Of a stretch of DNA of 17,492 nt, positions 12,097-17,492 are shown in pieces. The stretch lies in contig NEEC01000488.1 in assembly GCA_002189035.1 (NCBI GenBank), positions 1-17,492 on the forward strand, read 5' to 3'. The translations under genes were made by a program, and so were the position numbers. The DNA comes from Utricularia gibba (lineage: Eukaryota > Plantae > Magnoliophyta). Every line of letters starts with the position of its first letter. Position 1 is the stretch's first letter. The notes below the pieces were generated by a model. That model saw nothing but the letters and a program-made list of their open reading frames with translations, did not search any database and was not told where the DNA came from.

Positions 12097-14869
12097 TTGA
12101 AAAAATCATGTGGGGTGCACGTGACATCATAATTTAAAGAAATGCATCATTTTTTTTAATCGATTTGCATCCAGTTGACCTCATGAGCCATACAGAATCG
12201 GGTCAAGGACCAAGTTCCCAGCGAGACTGGCCGCACAAAACGAGAAGCGTTCCTTGAAAAACCATGTAGGCAGCCCCGAAAACCGAACGATAATAAATAC
12301 ACTTTATTTGCCGGACTACAACTAACTCTCGGTGCAAGCCAAACATTTTTTCCCGTTCCAGGTGCACCCAAAGACCGCCTGCTCAAGTATAAAGTAAGTT
12401 GTTGAAAAAATCATGTGGGGTGCACGTGACATCATAATTTAAACAAATGCATCATTTTTTTAATCGATTTGCATCCAGTTGACCTCATGAGCCATACAGA
12501 ATCGGGGTCAAGGACCAAGTTCCAGCGAGACTGGCCGCCAAAACGAGAAGCGGTTCCTTGAAAAACCATGTAGGCAGCCCGAAAACCGAACGATAATAAA
12601 TACATCACTTTATTTGCCGGACTACAACTAACTCTCGGTGCAAGCCAAACATTACCTTTGTCCCGTTCCAGGTGCACCCAAAGACCGCCTGCTCAAGTAT
12701 AAAGTAAGTTGTTGAAAAAATCATGTGGGGTGCACGTGACATCATAATTTAAACAAATGCATCATTTTTTTAATCGATTTGCATCCAGTTGACCTCATGA
12801 GCCATACAGAATCGGGGTCAAGGACCAAGTTCCCAGCGAGACTGGCCGCCACAAAACGAGAAGCGGTTCCTTGAAAAACCATGTAGGCAGCCCCCGAAAA
12901 CCGAACGATAATAAATACATCACTTTATTTGCCGGACTACAACTAACTCTCGGTGCAAGCCAAACATTACCTTTGTCCCGTTCCAGGTGCACCCAAAGAC
13001 CGCCTGCTCAAGTATAAAGTAAGTTGTTGAAAAAATCATGTGGGGTGCACGTGACATCATAATTTAAAGAAATGCATCATTTTTTTTAATCGATTTGCAT
13101 CCAGTTGACCTCATGAGCCATACAGAATCGGGGGGACCAAGTTCCAGCGAGACTGGCCGCCACAAAACGAGAAGCGGTTCCTTGAAAAACCATGTAGGCA
13201 GCCCGAAAACCGAACGATAATAAATACATCACTTTATTTGCCGGACTACAACTAACTCTCGGTGCAAGCCAAACTTACTTTGTCCCGTTCCAGGCACCCA
13301 AAGACCGCCTGCTCAAGTATAAAGTAAGTTGTTGAAAAAATCATGTGGGGTGCACGTGACATCATAATTTAAACAAATGCATCATTTTTTTTAATCGATT
13401 TGCATCCAGTTGACCTCATGAGCCATACAGAATCGGGGTCAAGGACCAAGTTCCCAGCGAGACTGGCCGCCACAAACGAGAAGCGGTTCCTTGAAAAACC
13501 ATGTAGGCAGCCCCCGAAAACCGAACGATAATAAATACATCACTTTATTTGCCGGACTACAACTAACTCTCGGTGCAAGCCAAACATTACCTTTGTCCCG
13601 TTCCAGGTGCACCCAAAGACCGCCTGCTCAAGTATAAAGTAAGTTGTTGAAAAAATCATGTGGGGTGCACGTGACATCATAATTTAAAGAAATGCATCAT
13701 TTTTTTTAATCGATTTGCATCCAGTTGACCTCATGAGCCATACAGAATCGGGTCAAGGACCAAGTTCCCAGCGAGACTGGCCGCCACAAAACGAGAAGCG
13801 GTTCCTTGAAAAACCATGTAGGCAGCCCCGAAAACCGAACGATAATAAATACATCACTTTATTTGCCGGACTACAACTAACTCTCGGTGCAAGCCAAACT
13901 TACCTTTGTCCCGTTCCAGGTGCACCCAAAGACCGCCTGCTCAAGTATAAAGTAAGTTGTTGAAAAAATCATGTGGGGTGCACGTGACATCATAATTTAA
14001 ACAAATGCATCATTTTTTTAATCGATTTGCATCCAGTTGACCTCATGAGCCATACAGAATCGGGGTCAAGGACCAAGTTCCCAGCGAGACTGGCCCACAA
14101 AACGAGAAGCGTTCCTTGAAAAACCATGTAGGCAGCCCCCGAAAACCGAACGATATAAATACATCACTTTATTTGCCGGACTACAACTAACTCTCGGTGC
14201 AAGCCAAACATTACCTTTGTCCCGTTCCAGGTGCACCCAAAGACCGCCTGCTCAAGTATAAAGTAAGTTGTTGAAAAAATCATGTGGGGTGCACGTGACA
14301 TCATAATTTAAAGAAATGCATCATTTTTTTAAATCGATTTGCATCCAGTTGACCTCATGAGCCATACAGAATCGGGGTCAAGGACCAAGTTCCCAGCGAG
14401 ACTGGCCGCCACAAAACGAGAAGCGGTTCCTTGAAAAACCATGTAGGCAGCCCCCGAAAACCGAACGATAATAAATACATCACTTTATTTGCCGGACTAC
14501 AACTAACTCTCGGTGCAAGCCAAACATTACCTTTGTCCCGTTCCAGGTGCACCCAAAGACCGCCTGCTCAAGTATAAAGTAAGTTGTTGAAAAAATCATG
14601 TGGGGTGCACGTGACATCATAATTTAAACAAATGCATCATTTTTTTTAATCGATTTGCATCCAGTTGACCTCATGAGCCATACAGAATCGGGGTCAAGGA
14701 CCAAGTTCCCAGCGAGACTGGCCGCCACAAAACGAGAAGCGGTTCCTTGAAAAACCATGTAGGCAGCCCCCGAAAACCGAACGATAATAAATACATCACT
14801 TTATTTGCCGGACTACAACTAACTCTCGGTGCAAGCCAAACCTTTTTCCCGTTCCAGGTGCACCCAAAG

Positions 14870-15720
14870 ACCGCCTCAAGTATAAAGTAAGTTGTTGAAA
14901 AAATCATGTGGGGTGCACGTGACATAATTTAAACAAATGCATATTTTTTTAATCGATTTGCATCCAGTTGACCTCATGAGCATGAATCGGGACCAAGTTC
15001 CAGCGAGACTGGCCGCCACAAAACGAGAAGCTGTTCCTTGAAAAACCATGTAGGCAACCGAAAACCGAACGATAATAAATACATCACTTTATTTGCCGGC
15101 TACAACTACAAGCCAAACCTTTGTCCGGTTCCAGTGCACCCAAGACCGCCTCCTCAAGTATAAAGTAAGTTGTTGAAAAATCATGTGGGGTGCACGTGAC
15201 ATCATAATTTAAACAAATGCATCATTTTTTTTAATCGATTTGCATCCAGTTGACCTCATGAGCCATACAGAATCGGGGTCAAGGACCAAGTTCCAGCGAG
15301 ACTGGCCGCCACAAAACGAGAAGCGTTCCTTGAAAAACCATGTAGGCAGCCCGAAAACCGAACGATAATAAATACATCACTTTATTTGCCGGACTACAAC
15401 TAACTCGGTGCAAGCCAAACTTACTCCGTTCCAGGTGCACCCAAACCGCCTGCTCAAGTATAAAGTAAGTTGTTGAAAAATCATGTGGGGTGCACGTGAC
15501 ATCAATTTAAACAAATGCATCATTTTTTTTAATCGATTTGCATCCATTGACCTCATGAGCCATACAGAATCGGGGTCAAGGACCAAGTTCCCAGCGAGAC
15601 TGGCCGCCACAAAACGAGAAGCGTTCCTTGAAAAACCATGTAGGCAGCCCCGAAAACCGAACGATAATAAATACATCACTTTATTTGCCGCTAAACTACT
15701 TAAGCCAATTTTCCCGTTCC
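14870..15720. other. Locally degraded copies (deletion-rich), probably a low-quality stretch of the read
   Basis: Unit lengths here are 276 (14916-15192), 300 and 292 nt against a 316 consensus. Many scattered 1-8 nt deletions are not shared between neighbouring copies, and normal copies resume afterwards. Confidence 0.7.
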
Positions 15721-17492
15721 AGGTGCACCCAAGACCGCCTGCTCAAGTATAAAGTAAGTTGTTGAAAAAATCATGTGGGGTGCACGTGACATCATAATTT
15801 AAACAAATGCATCATTTTTTTTAATCGATTTGCATCCAGTTGACCTCATGAGCCATACAGAATCGGGGTCAAGGACCAAGTTCCAGCGAGACTGGCCGCC
15901 ACAAAACGAGAAGCGTTCCTTGAAAAACCATGTAGGCAGCCCCCGAAAACCGAACGATAATAAATACATCACTTTATTTGCCGGACTACAACTAACTCTC
16001 GGTGCAAGCCAAACATTACCTTTGTCCCGTTCCAGGTGCACCCAAAGACCGCCTGCTCAAGTATAAAGTAAGTTGTTGAAAAAATCATGTGGGGTGCACG
16101 TGACATCATAATTTAAACAAATGCATCATTTTTTTTAATCGATTTGCATCCAGTTGACCTCATGAGCCATACAGAATCGGGGTCAGGACCAAGTTCCCAG
16201 CGAGACTGGCCGCCACAAAACGAGAAGCGTTCCAAAAACCATGTAGGCAGCCCCCGAAAACCGAACGATAATAAATACATCACTTTATTTGCCGGACTAC
16301 AACTAACTCTCGGTGCAAGCCAAATTACCTTTGTCCCGTTCCAGGTGCACCCAAAGACCGCCTGCTCAAGTATAAAGTAAGTTGTTGAAAAAATCATGTG
16401 GGTGCACGTGACATCATAATTTAAACAAATGCATCATTTTTTTTAATCGATTTGCATCCAGTTGACCTCATGAGCCATACAGAATCGGGGTCAAGGACCA
16501 AGTTCCAGCGAGACTGGCCGCCACAAAACGAGAAGCGGTTCCTTGAAAAACCATGTAGGCAGCCCCCGAAAACCGAACGATAATAAATACATCACTTTAT
16601 TTGCCGGACTACAACTAACTCTCGGTGCAAGCCAAACATTACCTTTGTCCCGTTCCAGGTGCACCCAAAGACCGCCTGCTCAAGTATAAAGTAAGTTGTT
16701 GAAAAAATCATGTGGGGTGCACGTGACATCATAATTTAAACAAATGCATCATTTTTTTTAATCGATTTGCATCCAGTTGACCTCATGAGCCATACAGAAT
16801 CGGGGGGACCAAGTTCCAGCGAGACTGGCCGCCACAAAACGAGAAGCGTTCCTTGAAAAACCATGTAGGCAGCCCGAAAACCGAACGATAATAAATACAT
16901 CACTTTATTTGCCGGACTACAACTAACTCTCGGTGCAAGCCAAACATTACCTTTGTCCCGTTCCAGGTGCACCCAAAGACCGCCTGCTCAAGTATAAAGT
17001 AAGTTGTTGAAAAAATCATGTGGGTGCACGTGACATCATAATTTAAACAAATGCATCATTTTTTTTAATCGATTTGCATCCAGTTGACCTCATGAGCCAT
17101 ACAGAATCGGGGTCAAGGACCAAGTTCCCAGCGAGACTGGCCGCCACAAAAACGAGAAGCGGTTCCTTGAAAAACCATGTAGGCAGCCCCGAAAACGAAC
17201 GATAATAAATACATCACTTTATTTGCCGGACTACAACTAACTCTCGGTGCAAGCCAAACCTTTGTCCCGTTCCAGGTGCACCCAAAGACCGCCTGCTCAA
17301 GTATAAAGTAAGTTGTTGAAAAAATCATGTGGGGTGCACGTGACATCATAATTTAAACAAATGCATCATTTTTTTTAATCGATTTGCATCCAGTTGACCT
17401 CATGAGCCATACAGAATCGGGGTCAAGGACCAAGTTCCCAGCGAGACTGGCCGCCACAAAACGAGAAGCGTTCCTTGAAAAACCATGTAGGC

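Larger units (their letters stand above)
1..17492. repeat. Head-to-tail tandem array (satellite-like) of a 316-bp unit, about 56 copies; runs off both ends of the window
   Basis: The once-per-unit landmark CACGTG recurs 56 times (231, 544, 845 ... 11802, 12118 ... 17337). Mean spacing is (17337-231)/55 = 311 nt and clean copies are 316 nt (11802 to 12118). All copies are in the same orientation, with no spacer or unique sequence between them. Confidence 0.99.

Noticed and set aside
12057-12120. tRNA acceptor-stem-like GGGTGCA/TGCACCCA
   Set aside because: The order and spacing are wrong for a tRNA, and no D, anticodon or TTCRA arms are present.
317-17349. Dozens of 62-102 aa ORFs on both strands (e.g. 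MHLERDKGNVWLAPRV..., MHPVDLMSHTES...)
   Set aside because: They are the same repeat read repeatedly, and their C-termini change with each indel. 316 is not a multiple of 3. The consensus gives only a GTG-started 65-aa ORF (11865-12062, minus) and shorter ones, with no recognisable domain. The 78-aa plus-strand ORFs exist only in copies with deletions.
1-17492. CRISPR array
   Set aside because: There are no unique spacers; the full 316 bp repeats, and no cas genes are present.

Overview
The whole 17,492-nt window is one uninterrupted head-to-tail tandem array of a 316-bp consensus unit (about 56 copies, about 45% GC), with no flanking sequence and no supportable protein-coding or RNA gene. 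Differences between copies are almost all small deletions and homopolymer-length changes (mean observed period about 311 vs 316 consensus), which looks like an uncorrected long read. The listed ORFs are repeat-derived and frame-unstable. Three things are not obvious at first sight. (1) The 316-bp unit is itself an old, diverged dimer of two ~158-bp halves (160 + 156 bp), as expected for a eukaryotic satellite DNA. (2) Only one site, TTTAAA[G/C]AAATG, varies reproducibly by substitution, and its alleles appear to be ordered along the array: a possible 8-unit periodicity on the left, near-alternation in the middle and a pure-C block on the right. (3) Each unit carries, on the + strand, a branch point-like ACTAAC, a pyrimidine tract ending in CAG, a 32-nt segment and GTAAGT, i.e. 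a complete set of spliceosomal signals. I do not recognise the repeat family or the organism. All counts were made by hand.
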